Assembly (NCBI RefSeq): GCF_016278765.1
Contig: NZ_JADQBE010000017.1
Coordinates: forward strand, 15,313 to 79,312
Source: Demequina sp.
GTDB taxonomy: Bacteria > Actinomycetota > Actinomycetes > Actinomycetales > Demequinaceae
Length of the DNA: 64,000 bases
Reading direction: 5' to 3'
Shown: positions 21,263-31,367 of the stretch, piece after piece
Numbering within the stretch: position 1 is the first letter of the stretch
Layout: the number at the start of each line of letters is the position of its first letter
Made by a program: the position numbers and the translations under genes
The notes under the pieces: model-generated
Told to the model about the DNA's origin: nothing
What the model saw: only the letters and a program-made list of their open reading frames with translations
Database searches by the model: none

Positions 21263-22096
21263 ATGCCAGACGAGACAACACCGGTCGAGTCCGACGACTT
21301 CACCGAAGACCTGACCACGGAAACCTGGCCCGCCGACCTCGCGGGACCGGGTCTTGTCGCCCGCCTGGCTGCGGAGGCGACGGGCACATTCATTCTGGTG
21401 CTCATCGGCGCGGGGACCGCCGCGATGGCGGCCGTCACCGGAAGAGGCCCCCTCGACGTGGGCCTCGCCTACGGCATCGCGTTGATGATAGGGATCGTCG
21501 CGTGGCGGAGCGTCTCGGGGGCGCACTTCAATCCGGCTGTGACCGTCGGCGCGTGGCTGTCCGGGCGCTTCCCCGGCATGGACGTGGTGCCATACATCCT
21601 CGCGCAGGTGGTCGGGGGCATCCTCGCGGCGGGGATCGTGCGGATCGGCGTCGGCTCTCTTGAGGCGGTCACGAGTGACTCGGCCATGAGTCTCATGGGT
21701 GCCGTCTCCGCCGGGTACGGTGAGCACGCACCTCTCGCTTCCTCCGGACTGAACTTTAGTGTCGCCGTCGCGTTGACTGTGGAGGCCCTCGCCGCCGGGC
21801 TGCTGACGCTCGTGGTGTTGGGCGCCGCTGCCAAGCGGACCACCCGCACGGTAGCCCCGTTCGCCATCGGCCTCACCTTTGCCGTCCTCATGATGTGGGC
21901 CATTCCGTTCACCAACGGAGCGCTCAACCCGGCGCGCGCGACGGCCACCGCCCTGTTCTCCGACACGTGGGCTCTTCAGCAGCTGTGGGCGTGGTGGCTC
22001 GCGCCGGTGGTGGGCGCGGCGATCGTGGGACTGCTGTACAGGATCTACGGGTCCGTCGAGGAACCTGAGGTCGCAGAGGAGTCCGCCGAGGCGTGA
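21263..22096 (+). CDS. MIP-family channel (aquaporin/aquaglyceroporin)
   Basis: Two NPA boxes, 'HFNPAVT' and 'LNPARA'. ATG at 21263 is preceded by AGGAGAG. Confidence 0.85.
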   Translation: MPDETTPVESDDFTEDLTTETWPADLAGPGLVARLAAEATGTFILVLIGAGTAAMAAVTGRGPLDVGLAYGIALMIGIVAWRSVSGAHFNPAVTVGAWLSGRFPGMDVVPYILAQVVGGILAAGIVRIGVGSLEAVTSDSAMSLMGAVSAGYGEHAPLASSGLNFSVAVALTVEALAAGLLTLVVLGAAAKRTTRTVAPFAIGLTFAVLMMWAIPFTNGALNPARATATALFSDTWALQQLWAWWLAPVVGAAIVGLLYRIYGSVEEPEVAEESAEA

Positions 22097-22108
22097 GCGC
22101 GCGGCTCG

Positions 22109-22546
22109 TCAGCCGTCTTGTGCACCCACCGGCGTGATGCCCAGTTCGTCGAGCAGCGCAAGGACGCGGTCGCGGATCTCGTCGCGGATCGGACGGACCG
22201 CGCCGATTCCCTGCCCCGCAGGGTCGTCCAGCGCCCAGTCCTCGTACCGCTTGCCCGGGAAGACCGGGCAGACGTCGCCGCAGCCCATCGTGATCACAAC
22301 GTCCGACGCCTGGACCGCCTCCGTCGTGAGCACCTTGGGCTGCTCGGCGCGGATGTCGATCCCGACCTCGAGCATCGCCTCGACGGCGGTCGGGTTGATG
22401 TGGTCGGCGGGCATCGAGCCAGCCGAGCGCACCTCCACCGCGCCGCCCGACAGAACGCGCAGGAAGCCCGCGGCCATCTGGGAACGGCCGGCATTGTGGA
22501 CGCACACGAAGAGGGCTGATGGGGTGACGGCGGTTTTCTCACTCAT
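22109..22546 (-). CDS. arsC: Arsenate reductase, LMW-phosphatase type
   Basis: CX5R P-loop 'VCVHNAGRSQMAAG' and 'ITMGCGDVCP'. 145 aa. Confidence 0.85.
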   Translation of the reverse strand: MSEKTAVTPSALFVCVHNAGRSQMAAGFLRVLSGGAVEVRSAGSMPADHINPTAVEAMLEVGIDIRAEQPKVLTTEAVQASDVVITMGCGDVCPVFPGKRYEDWALDDPAGQGIGAVRPIRDEIRDRVLALLDELGITPVGAQDG

Positions 22547-22576
22547 GGTCTCTCCAGGAGATGTTGGCGGGGTGGG

Positions 22577-23587
22577 TCAGGCGGGCAGGTCGAGGCCGGG
22601 TAGGAGGCTGGCAAGGAGCGCGCGCACGCGGACATCGAGCTCGTCGCGGATCGCGGCGATCCCCTCAGGGGACGCCAGTGCCGGGTCTCCCACGAGCCAA
22701 TCCTCGTACCGGATGCCAGGAAGGACCGGACACACGTCGCCGCAGCCCATCGTGACCACGACGTCGGCGGCGCGGATGGCATCGTCCGTCAACGGCTTGG
22801 GGAACGCCTCTTCGCCGACTCCGAGCTCGGCAAGGATGGGGCGCACGCCGGCGTGGACGTCGGCGGCTGGCGTCGAGCCCGCGGAGCGGACGACGACCCG
22901 CTCGCCCGCGTAGCGGCGCACCAGGGCGGCGGCGAGCTGGGACCTCCCGGCGTTCGCGACGCACACGAACAGCACCTGCGGCCGGGCGTCGACGGGACGC
23001 GTCGCGTCGGCGAGGCGCTGCCGAGCAAACCGTTCCGTCAGGGTCAGGAGGTGCGCGGACACCTTCGCCGACCGGGCGAGCGCGGTGTACGACTCCCGCA
23101 CGATCCCCCGCACGGCGTCCGCGCGCACGTCAGGGAATCGTGGGGCGAGGCTCTCGGTCAGGCGGTCAAGGGAGGCATCGGCGTCCTCGAGGCCGGTCAT
23201 GTGATGGGGTTCGCGCACCGACGCCAGTGCCGCGGGAGCGAACGACTCGAGCAGCGTGGACACCGCACCCGTGAAGCCAGGGGCGATGCGGTACCAGACC
23301 CATGTCCCTCGGCGCTGCGACGTCAGCACTCCGACGTCGCGAAGGACCTTGAGGTGATGCGAGACCGTGGGTTGAGACACGTTCGCCAGTGCGGCAAGAT
23401 CACACACGCATGCCTCGCCGGCCGGAGCGGTCGCGATGAACGACAGCATGCGCAGACGCAGTGGCTCGGCGAGGGCCTTGAGCGTCGTCGCGACACCTTC
23501 CGCGACCCCGGTGTCGATAGCGTGCGACTCGACCTGCGGAGTGCACGTCAGGTCGACGTCGGCCCGCGGTGCGTCGATGGCGCTCAT
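22577..23587 (-). CDS. ArsR-family metalloregulator fused to an LMW-phosphatase-type arsenate reductase
   Basis: N-terminus: 'LAEPLRLRMLSFIA...ACVCDLAALANVSQPTVSHHLKVLRDVGVL' (ArsR HTH with CVC site). A ~100-aa helical linker follows. C-terminus: 'LFVCVANAGRSQLAAA...VTMGCGDVCP'. Confidence 0.8.
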   Translation of the reverse strand: MSAIDAPRADVDLTCTPQVESHAIDTGVAEGVATTLKALAEPLRLRMLSFIATAPAGEACVCDLAALANVSQPTVSHHLKVLRDVGVLTSQRRGTWVWYRIAPGFTGAVSTLLESFAPAALASVREPHHMTGLEDADASLDRLTESLAPRFPDVRADAVRGIVRESYTALARSAKVSAHLLTLTERFARQRLADATRPVDARPQVLFVCVANAGRSQLAAALVRRYAGERVVVRSAGSTPAADVHAGVRPILAELGVGEEAFPKPLTDDAIRAADVVVTMGCGDVCPVLPGIRYEDWLVGDPALASPEGIAAIRDELDVRVRALLASLLPGLDLPA

Positions 23588-24708
23588 CGCCTCGCCTCAT
23601 CCAGAGCCTTGGGGGCGGCGGCGGTGTTTGGATCGACCGCGAACCATCGGCGCGCGAGCCACAGGGATACGTACACGAGCCCGACCAGCACGGGAACCTC
23701 GATGAGGGGCCCCACGACACCGGCCAGCGCCTGACCCGACGTCGCCCCGAACGTCCCGATCGCGACCGCAATCGCCAACTCAAAGTTGTTCCCCGCTGCG
23801 GTGAAGGCCAGCGTGGTCGACCGCGGATAGCCGAGTCCCAGCGCCTTGCCCGCGACCATCCCCACCACCCACATGACCGAGAAGTAGACCAGGAGCGGGA
23901 GCGCGATGCGCGCCACGTCGAGCGGGTGGGAGGTCACCGCTTCTCCCTGGAGCGCGAACAGCAGGACGATCGTGAAGAGCAGTCCGTACAGGGCCCAGGG
24001 GCCGACCCGGGGGAGGAACCTCGACTCATACCAGGCGCGGCCCTTGGCCCGCTCTCCGACCCACCGTGACGCGAACCCCGCGACCAGGGGGATTCCCAGG
24101 AAGACCAACACGTTGACAGCGATCTGCGTTATCGACACCTCAAGCCCTTGCGTGTCCAGGCCGAGCCACCCCGGAAGGACGGTGAGGTAGAAGTACCCCA
24201 GCAGAGAGAACGCGACAACCTGGAACACGGAATTGATTGCGACCAGCACCGCAGCGGCCTCGCGGTCCCCGCAGGCGAGGTCGTTCCAAATGACGACCAT
24301 GGCGATGCACCGGGCGAGACCGACGATGATCAGTCCCGTGCGGTACTCGGGCAGGTCTGGAAGGAACGTCCAGGCGAGGGTGAACATCAGCGCCGGGCCC
24401 ACGAGCCAGTTCAACACCAGGGATGAGACGAGGAGTCTCGTATCGCCGGTGACCGCGGCGACCTTGTCGTATCGAACTTTGGCCAGGACCGGGTACATCA
24501 TCACCAGGAGGCCGAGGGCGATCGGCATGGAGATCCCGCCGACCTCCGTCGATGCCAGCACGTCCGAGATGCTCGGGATGAAGCGCCCGAGACCCACTCC
24601 ACCGACCATGGCGATCCCGATCCACAGCGGGAGCCAACGATCGAGGGTGGACAGTCGGCGGCCAGTGTCGGGCGCGGTGACGACCAGATTGCTCGGTTGC
24701 ATCGACAT
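23584..24708 (-). CDS. acr3: ACR3-family arsenite efflux transporter
   Basis: 374-aa polytopic protein. 'LSTLDRWLPLWIGIAMVGGVGLGRF..' and overall similarity to the ACR3/ArsB(Acr3) family. 4-nt overlap with the arsR-arsC gene. Confidence 0.9.
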   Translation of the reverse strand: MSMQPSNLVVTAPDTGRRLSTLDRWLPLWIGIAMVGGVGLGRFIPSISDVLASTEVGGISMPIALGLLVMMYPVLAKVRYDKVAAVTGDTRLLVSSLVLNWLVGPALMFTLAWTFLPDLPEYRTGLIIVGLARCIAMVVIWNDLACGDREAAAVLVAINSVFQVVAFSLLGYFYLTVLPGWLGLDTQGLEVSITQIAVNVLVFLGIPLVAGFASRWVGERAKGRAWYESRFLPRVGPWALYGLLFTIVLLFALQGEAVTSHPLDVARIALPLLVYFSVMWVVGMVAGKALGLGYPRSTTLAFTAAGNNFELAIAVAIGTFGATSGQALAGVVGPLIEVPVLVGLVYVSLWLARRWFAVDPNTAAAPKALDEARR

Positions 24709-24753
24709 GCGTCTATATTGACATTCTTCGATGCAAAGGGCAACTCGCGAGCC

Positions 24754-25023
24754 CTACCCCAAGGCGGCCGTCAGCCCAAGGTAGCCAAGCGCGAGTCCCA
24801 ACGCCGACAACACGACGATGTCGACCGCGCGCTCGCGCACCACGAACGCGCGACGCAGCGGTGCCGCGGTGCGGGCGGCGGCCCCCGCCAGCGCGAAGAC
24901 GGCCATCCCAAGAACGGCGACTGCCGGAGAAACAACGAGCGACAACAGCACCAGCACCCAGACGGCGGCGAGTGCGGCGACAGCGACGCCCCGGGAAGTC
25001 AGGTGATTGTGGCTCATGGGCAT
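24754..25023 (-). CDS. Small two-helix membrane protein (hypothetical)
   Basis: 89-aa hydrophobic ORF '[31 protein letters not shown]...'. Its start shares one nt with the purH stop (TGATG). The longer ORF-track version overlaps purH. Confidence 0.45.
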   Translation of the reverse strand: MPMSHNHLTSRGVAVAALAAVWVLVLLSLVVSPAVAVLGMAVFALAGAAARTAAPLRRAFVVRERAVDIVVLSALGLALGYLGLTAALG

Positions 25024-26582
25024 CAGTGGAAGAAGTGCCTGGTACCGGTGTGGAACAGGGCGATGCCTGCAGCATCGGCGGCCGCGATGACCTCGGCGTC
25101 GCGGATCGATCCCCCCGGAGACACCACGGCGGTGACTCCCGCGTCGATCAGTACTTGGAGTCCGTCGGCGAAGGGGAAGAACGCGTCCGATGCCCCCACG
25201 GAGCCTGCGGCACGGTCGGCCCCCGCTCGTTCCACCGCGAGCCGGCACGAGTCCACCCTGTTGACCTGCCCCATGCCGATCCCGACGGCCGCGCCGTCCT
25301 TGGCCAGCAGAATCGCGTTCGATTTCACCGAGCGGCACGACCTCCACGCGAACTCGAGGTCCGCGAGGACCTCAGCCGAAACAGGGCTTCCCGCAACCTG
25401 CGTCCACGTCTCGGCGGGGTCGCCCGGCGCGTCGATGGCATCGGCCGCCTGGACCAAGAGACCCCCGGAGATGCGCCGCGCCTCGCCCGCCAGGGGCGTG
25501 TGAACCACCTCAAGAATGCGTAGGCTCTTCTTGGCCTGGAGAATCTCGATGGCCTCCGGCTCAAACGCAGGGGCCGCCACGACCTCGGTGAAGATCTCCG
25601 CGATCTGCCGCGCGGCCTCGGCCGTCACCGTCGCGTTGGTGGCGACCACGCCTCCGAATGCCGAGACCGGGTCCGTCGCGTGCGCCTTGCGGTGGGCCTC
25701 CGCCACGCTGTCCGCCACTGCGATTCCACACGGGTTTGCATGCTTGACGACCGCCACCGCCGTGCCTGCATGGTCGTACGCCGCCCTGACCGCAGCGTCG
25801 GCGTCCACGTAGTTGTTGTAACTCATTTCCTTGCCGTGCAGTTGGCGAGCGTGCGCCAGGCCGCCGGGCACCAAAGGGTCGCCGTACACGGCAGCGCGCT
25901 GGTGAGGATTCTCGCCGTACCGCAAGGTGCCGATGCGCTCGTAGGACGCCGCCATCCAACCGGGAAAGCCGGAGCCGTCGTCGTCCGGAGCCAAGACGTT
26001 GCCCATCCACGAGGCGACATGGATGTCATAGTCGGCGGTGTGACGGAAGGCCTTCGCCGCGAGTTCGCGACGCTGCTCGAGCGTGAAGCCGCCCTCACGG
26101 ACGGCATCCAGAGCGGCGTCATAGTGGGCGGGGTCCACGACAACAGCCACCGAGGGGTGGTTCTTGGCGGCGGCGCGCACCATCGACGGCCCGCCGATGT
26201 CGATCTGCTCCACAATTTCGCCCTCGGACGCCCCCGAGGCGACCGTCGCCGCGAACGGGTAGAGGTTGACCACCACGAGGTCGAAGGGCTCGATGCCCAG
26301 TTCGTCGAGTTGCGCACGGTGAGACTCAAGCCTGCGGTCGGCCAAGATGCCGGCGTGGATGCGCGGGTGAAGCGTCTTCACGCGCCCGTCGAGGCACTCG
26401 GGGAAGTCCGTCACTTCCTCCACGGCGGTGACGGGGACCCCTGCCTCGGCGAGGCGCGTGGCGGTGGACCCCGTCGACACGATCTGAACTCCAGCGGCCG
26501 CCAAGCCCTTCGCCAGGGTCTCGATGCCCGTCTTGTCGTAGACGGATACCAGGGCGCGCCGTACCGGCTGCCGCTCGCTCAT
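25023..26582 (-). CDS. purH: Bifunctional AICAR formyltransferase / IMP cyclohydrolase
   Basis: '[11 protein letters not shown]' MGS-like start and '[10 protein letters not shown]'. Full-length, 519 aa. Confidence 0.95.
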   Translation of the reverse strand: MSERQPVRRALVSVYDKTGIETLAKGLAAAGVQIVSTGSTATRLAEAGVPVTAVEEVTDFPECLDGRVKTLHPRIHAGILADRRLESHRAQLDELGIEPFDLVVVNLYPFAATVASGASEGEIVEQIDIGGPSMVRAAAKNHPSVAVVVDPAHYDAALDAVREGGFTLEQRRELAAKAFRHTADYDIHVASWMGNVLAPDDDGSGFPGWMAASYERIGTLRYGENPHQRAAVYGDPLVPGGLAHARQLHGKEMSYNNYVDADAAVRAAYDHAGTAVAVVKHANPCGIAVADSVAEAHRKAHATDPVSAFGGVVATNATVTAEAARQIAEIFTEVVAAPAFEPEAIEILQAKKSLRILEVVHTPLAGEARRISGGLLVQAADAIDAPGDPAETWTQVAGSPVSAEVLADLEFAWRSCRSVKSNAILLAKDGAAVGIGMGQVNRVDSCRLAVERAGADRAAGSVGASDAFFPFADGLQVLIDAGVTAVVSPGGSIRDAEVIAAADAAGIALFHTGTRHFFH

Positions 26583-27217
26583 TCTTTGTCCCTTCCCGTG
26601 TGCTGCCCAAGCCTTGTGATGCGACCGTCGACCGCCCAGCCCGCTCGCACCATGGTGCCCACAGTTGAGACGACGAGGTCGCGCTCTACGTTCTTGATGC
26701 GGTCGTGCAGTGTGGCCCTCGTGTCATCGTCTCTGACCTCGACCGCCGCTTGCGCGAGGATCGGGCCGGTGTCGACGCCCTCGTCGACCAGCATGACAGT
26801 GCATCCCGTGACCTTCACGCCTGCCGCGAGCGCATCGGCAACCGCCTTGGCGCCCGGAAACGCCGGCAAGAGAGCAGGGTGGGTGTTCACGATGCGACCG
26901 GCGTGGGCGGCGAGCGTGGGCTCCCCCAGCAGCTTCATGAATCCCGCACAGACGACGAGGTCGGGCTCAAACGCGTCGATCGTGCGGGCAAGCGCGCGGT
27001 CCCACGTGAGGCGATCGGGGAAGTCCGCGAGCGCGACGACGGCGGTCGGGATGCCGGCGGCGGCGGCGACGCTCAGCCCGCCCGCGTTGGGGTTTTCCGT
27101 CACCACTGCGGCAACTGTGGCGCCGAATCCTACGTCGCGTGCGGCGTCCACCAGGGCGGACATGATGGAGCCCGCCCCCGAGATGAGCACCACGAGGCGC
27201 GCCGGCCGGTTTGTCAC
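26579..27217 (-). CDS. purN: Phosphoribosylglycinamide formyltransferase
   Basis: '[10 protein letters not shown]', '[12 protein letters not shown]'. 4-nt overlap with purH. Confidence 0.95.
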   Translation of the reverse strand: MTNRPARLVVLISGAGSIMSALVDAARDVGFGATVAAVVTENPNAGGLSVAAAAGIPTAVVALADFPDRLTWDRALARTIDAFEPDLVVCAGFMKLLGEPTLAAHAGRIVNTHPALLPAFPGAKAVADALAAGVKVTGCTVMLVDEGVDTGPILAQAAVEVRDDDTRATLHDRIKNVERDLVVSTVGTMVRAGWAVDGRITRLGQHTGRDKE

Positions 27218-27265
27218 AGACAGACCCTATCGGCATGCTGGGAACGTGATGAAACGGATCAGCGC

Positions 27266-27670
27266 ATGACCGAGCCCGCAAAGGGCGCCGCTCCCATGCC
27301 CGCGACCCTGCGCCGCTACTCGCTCCTGCTGGTGCTTTCCCTGCTGGTCGCGTGGATCGCATCGTCAATGCCATTCCCCTACCGCTTCGCCGTGTTGCCT
27401 GCGGCTTTCGCGTCCGGGATCTTTGTGACGCTCGCGCTGGTGGCCACCATTGGCGTGGGCCGCGTGGCGGTGCTGAGGGTGCTGCTGGCCATGGGTGGCG
27501 TGTTTTCCATCATGCTGTCGATCGCCGGCGTGGCGTGGGTGGTGTTTGCCCAGGAGTCAGCGGCACACGACCAATGCCTGCGTTCAGCCCTCACCCATCG
27601 GGGCGAACTTCAGTGCGAACAGGAGTATCGGGACGCTCTGGAGAGCCGCTACGGGATAAGCCTGCCCTAG
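27266..27670 (+). CDS. Small membrane protein (hypothetical)
   Basis: ATG at 27266. Four predicted hydrophobic helices, then the soluble tail 'HDQCLRSALTHRGELQCEQEYRDALESRYGISLP'. No family recognised. Confidence 0.45.
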   Translation: MTEPAKGAAPMPATLRRYSLLLVLSLLVAWIASSMPFPYRFAVLPAAFASGIFVTLALVATIGVGRVAVLRVLLAMGGVFSIMLSIAGVAWVVFAQESAAHDQCLRSALTHRGELQCEQEYRDALESRYGISLP

Positions 27671-28862
27671 CGGTCGGCCGCGCGACATGTGCGAATGCTC
27701 GCAAGAGCGCCCATGCGACAACGGCTCCCAGCGCAAGTTCTGACGCCGCCAAGACCGCGGCGACGACCGCCTGCGGACCCACCGAGGCGAGCACGCCAGG
27801 GCCCATCGCGCCGTGCGCGAAGCCCGACGCCACGCCGATCGCCGAGCCCGCCAAGACCACGCCGATGCCGATGGTTCCCAGCGGCCGCCATCCGGATCCG
27901 AGCCGAGACCGTATGGCAATCACCACGATCGCTCCGAGCACCATGACGGCCACGGGACTCCACGCGAGCCATCCCCCCGATGCATGAGGTAGCGACCACA
28001 GCAAAGGCACCGCGGGCATGGTGTCCGGAAGCGGTTGCGCCGAGGATACGTCGACTCCCGCCAGCGAGAAGCCCGCCCCGGTGAGCCACGACACCGCCCA
28101 CACGACCAGCGTGAGCGCGTACAGCGTCTCGACAAAGGCCAGCGCCGCTCCCCCGGCAGAATCCACTCCCAAGCCGGTGGCGGCGTCCGCAAACTGGTGC
28201 CGCGAGGCAACGGTGGACACCATGAGGACGATCGCCCCCAGCGCCACCACCCCCGCGGTCATGGCCGTGCCGATTCTCACGCCGCCGCGCACCGTGCCGG
28301 GGACGCGCGCCAGCCACGCCATCGTCGCGCCGTGTTGCCTGAGAAGGCCCCACGCCACGGCAGGAATCGCGAGCAGGACCGCCCACACGACGGCCCCCGC
28401 CATGCGGGAGCGGGTGTCATCGACGCCCGCCCACGCCAGCGTCGTGGCGAAGCCCACGGTGGCGGCGAACGCGGCGACCGCCGCGAAGCCCGCTACCCAG
28501 GTGGCCGCCGCGAATCTCCGTGCCAACTGCGCCAACATGATGGCGGTCAACGCGGAGAGTCCCAAGGGCGCGAGTGTGATCGTCACGCCGTCGACGGCCC
28601 AAGGCACGCCGAACGCAAGCAGCCAGATCCGCGTCGCCGTACCACTTGACTGGCCCCACGAGACGTTCGCGTCGGCCACCGCCGCCGATGCGACCCACAC
28701 CGGAATGAGCACGAGCGCGAGAGAGAACAGCGCGGCCTGGAGGCCCGCGAGCGCGCCGCCGACCCAGCCGGGCGCGGCGGCACGGACGCGCGCGACCGAC
28801 TCCGTCACCGCATGGGCGGTGGCGGTCGTGGCGCGACTGACCGGCGTGGCCTGAGTGGTCAT
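27591..28862 (-). CDS. Large polytopic membrane protein, PerM-like (DUF6350-type) by synteny
   Basis: About 420 aa with more than 10 hydrophobic helices. Its position next to purN-purH mirrors M. tuberculosis perM (Rv0955)-purN-purH. ATG at 28862. The family assignment rests on synteny and topology only. Confidence 0.55.
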   Translation of the reverse strand: MTTQATPVSRATTATAHAVTESVARVRAAAPGWVGGALAGLQAALFSLALVLIPVWVASAAVADANVSWGQSSGTATRIWLLAFGVPWAVDGVTITLAPLGLSALTAIMLAQLARRFAAATWVAGFAAVAAFAATVGFATTLAWAGVDDTRSRMAGAVVWAVLLAIPAVAWGLLRQHGATMAWLARVPGTVRGGVRIGTAMTAGVVALGAIVLMVSTVASRHQFADAATGLGVDSAGGAALAFVETLYALTLVVWAVSWLTGAGFSLAGVDVSSAQPLPDTMPAVPLLWSLPHASGGWLAWSPVAVMVLGAIVVIAIRSRLGSGWRPLGTIGIGVVLAGSAIGVASGFAHGAMGPGVLASVGPQAVVAAVLAASELALGAVVAWALLRAFAHVARPTARAGLSRSGSPERPDTPVRTEVRPDG

Positions 28863-28949
28863 GCCGCTATGGTCACCCGGCGCGAGCCCCGCGGCGAGGA
28901 CCGGCGCGCCACGGACCTTCACGTGAGCCCGCGCGTCACACGGCACACC

Positions 28950-31367
28950 TCAGGCCGGTTCTGCGATTCGCAGCCTGGTGCCTGCTGCGTTCTTGGCTGC
29001 GGCCGCCGTCGGCGCTGCGATCGCGGCGGCTGCCGCGCTCGCGCACGCTTCGGCGGTGACTCCACGGAGAACCCTCGCAACACCAGGAATGAGTCGAGGG
29101 CTCATCGAGAGGCTCGTGACACCCAAACCCACCAAGACGGCCGCGTAGTCGGGCCAGCTCGCTGACTCGCCGCACACTCCCACCGGAGTTCCCGTCTCGA
29201 GACCCACTGCCGCGATGGCGGCAAGGGTACGCAACACCGCTGGCTGCCAGGGATCGGTCAGGTCTGCGAGATCGGGTGACATGCGATCGGCAGCCATCAC
29301 GTACTGGGCAAGATCATTGGTCCCGACGCTCACGAAGTCGACCACATCGCAGAGTTCCCTGGCCATCGTCGCCGCTGAAGGCGTCTCAATCATGACTCCC
29401 ACCTGGTCGAGCCCTGCCGATCGCGCGAGGTCAACGAAGCTCGTGGCTTCTTCCACCGTCGAAATCATGGGAGCCATGACCCACGGCGAACTGCCGCTAC
29501 GTCGCGCGGCAGTCACAATTGCCTCAAGTTGGCGATTCAGAGCGCCTGGATGGATGCGGGTCGTCCGATAACCACGCACACCGAGCGACGGGTTGGGTTC
29601 CCGCTCGGGTGTGAGGAAGGGCAGTGGTTTGTCGCTCCCAGCGTCAAGGGTGCGAATCACCACGCGCTGGTTCGCGAAGGCGTTCAGCACCGTCGCGTAG
29701 TGGTCCACTTGCTCCTCGACAGACGGTTCGCCAGCACGATCCAGGAAGCAGAACTCGGTCCGAAACAGGCCGACGCCCTCGGCCCCCCGTTGGGCCGCAC
29801 CGGCGGCGTCGTGCGAGGCCCCGACATTCGCTCCCAACAGAATGCGGCGACCGTCGTCGAGCACACAAGGCCCCTCGAAGGGCTCAGGACTGTCTGCAGC
29901 CTTCACCGCCGCAATCACTTCAGCGGCTGGGTCCACGATGACCTCACCCGTCGACCCATCGACGAGCACCGTGACTCCATCAGCGAGCTCGAGGGCCCCC
30001 TCGAAACCCACCACAGCGGGAATCCCCAACTCCCTCGCCAGAATCGCGGTGTGAGAAGTCGCCGAGCCCTTCTCAGTCAAGATCGCCCGACACACAGTGG
30101 GATCGAGCAAAGCAGTGTCGGCAGGGGCGAGGTCCGAGGCGACAAGGACGAAGGGGTCACCGGACTGGGGAAGTCCACCCACGGACTGTCCCGTCAGGGC
30201 GGCGATCAGGCGATCCCTCACATCAAGCAGGTCCGCGACCCTCCCAGCGAGCAATCCCCCTGCGGCCTCGTACCTGACCACGAGTCCGCGCATCACATCC
30301 CACACCGCCCGTGCCGACCCCATCCCCTCGCGAATCCTCCGTGCGGCGCCGTCGACGATCGTCGGGTCGGTCGCCATCATTGCGGTGGCTTCCATGACCT
30401 GCGCAGCCTGCCCGGTCACCATCGACGCACGGTCGCGGTAGGCGGCGGCGACCTGGTGTCCGGCAGCCTTCACCGCCGCAATCTCTTCGTCGACTCGCTC
30501 GGGAGCCGTGTAGGTCGCCGCAGGAGGTTCCTGTGTCGCTCGCCGCATTACGTGGACGGGGCCAACGGCACGACCCGTCGACACTCCCAGCCTCGTGGCT
30601 CCAGACCGTGGGGCGCGCGGGGCAGCTTGCTGCAGCACATCGACGACTTCCTCGCCGAATCCAGCGGCAATCGCCGAGCCGAGCGCGGCCACCGCCTCCT
30701 CGGCATCTTCCCCCCACGCCTCAAGTGTCACCACGGCCCCAAGCCTTGCATCGAGCGCTGCGAGAGCAAGGGGGCTCCGTGCGTCGGCGCGCGAATTCGA
30801 TGCGGAGACGAGCGAACGCGCGCCGAACGCTGCGGCCACGGCCGCGAGTGCGGCGGCTGGACGGGCGTGCAGCCCGTCGACGTTCACGATGGTCGCGGTC
30901 GCCGTGGCATCCGGGGGCTCCGTCACCTTCACGTCGCTCTGCATGGGGGGCGCCGAATCGTCCCCGAGGTGACTCGTCTTGGGCGACAACGCCGCACGAG
31001 CCTCGTCTGCAACGTCCTCAAGCGTCGCACCTGCGGCAGCCCGCACCACTGCGGCGACGAGCCCCTCGACGAAAGGCGCCCCCACCAGCACTGCACGCGT
31101 GTCAGGGGGGCAGAACTCGAGAGCAAGTTCCGCGCTCAAGATGGCGGAGCCAAGATCCATGAGCACCACCACGCCCGCACCTTCATCTGCCGACTGAATC
31201 GCCTCGGCAACACGCGCAGCATCGGTGCCCGTGCCTCCGTCAGCGGTTCCAGCGGCCAATTCAATAGGGGGAGGGTCGCCCGCCACCATCTCCAACGCGA
31301 GGTCAAGAGCGGCTCTCGCCAGTGGCGCCGAGTGAGAGACGACGACGAGGCCAACCCGAGGACTCAT
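28950..31367 (-). CDS. dhaM: Multiphosphoryl transfer protein: EIIA(Man)-like DhaM domain + HPr domain + full-length PTS Enzyme I
   Basis: ATG at 31367 (ATGA overlap with dhaL). 'VGLVVVSHSAPLARAA..VLMDLGSA' (EIIA-Man/DhaM), 'GLHARPAAALA' (HPr His site) and 'GSATSHTAILARELGIPAVVG...SVGTNDLAQY' (EI). ~805 aa. Confidence 0.85.
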   Translation of the reverse strand: MSPRVGLVVVSHSAPLARAALDLALEMVAGDPPPIELAAGTADGGTGTDAARVAEAIQSADEGAGVVVLMDLGSAILSAELALEFCPPDTRAVLVGAPFVEGLVAAVVRAAAGATLEDVADEARAALSPKTSHLGDDSAPPMQSDVKVTEPPDATATATIVNVDGLHARPAAALAAVAAAFGARSLVSASNSRADARSPLALAALDARLGAVVTLEAWGEDAEEAVAALGSAIAAGFGEEVVDVLQQAAPRAPRSGATRLGVSTGRAVGPVHVMRRATQEPPAATYTAPERVDEEIAAVKAAGHQVAAAYRDRASMVTGQAAQVMEATAMMATDPTIVDGAARRIREGMGSARAVWDVMRGLVVRYEAAGGLLAGRVADLLDVRDRLIAALTGQSVGGLPQSGDPFVLVASDLAPADTALLDPTVCRAILTEKGSATSHTAILARELGIPAVVGFEGALELADGVTVLVDGSTGEVIVDPAAEVIAAVKAADSPEPFEGPCVLDDGRRILLGANVGASHDAAGAAQRGAEGVGLFRTEFCFLDRAGEPSVEEQVDHYATVLNAFANQRVVIRTLDAGSDKPLPFLTPEREPNPSLGVRGYRTTRIHPGALNRQLEAIVTAARRSGSSPWVMAPMISTVEEATSFVDLARSAGLDQVGVMIETPSAATMARELCDVVDFVSVGTNDLAQYVMAADRMSPDLADLTDPWQPAVLRTLAAIAAVGLETGTPVGVCGESASWPDYAAVLVGLGVTSLSMSPRLIPGVARVLRGVTAEACASAAAAAIAAPTAAAAKNAAGTRLRIAEPA

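Noticed and set aside
21119-21727. 203-codon N-terminal extension of the icd ORF (608-aa version)
   Set aside because: The extension is Arg/Gly/Pro/His-rich with no similarity to IDH. A canonical 'MAKIKV..' start at 21118 gives the normal ~405-aa protein. The extension would also overlap the divergent MIP gene.
27218-27265. Looked for a second ZTP riboswitch upstream of purN-purH
   Set aside because: The leader is under 50 nt and contains neither the GGUCGUGACUGGCG block nor the CCGCCUGGGC block.
25680-27269. 529-aa ORF on the plus strand
   Set aside because: It is antisense to purH and purN, both of which are unambiguous. No motifs are recognisable.
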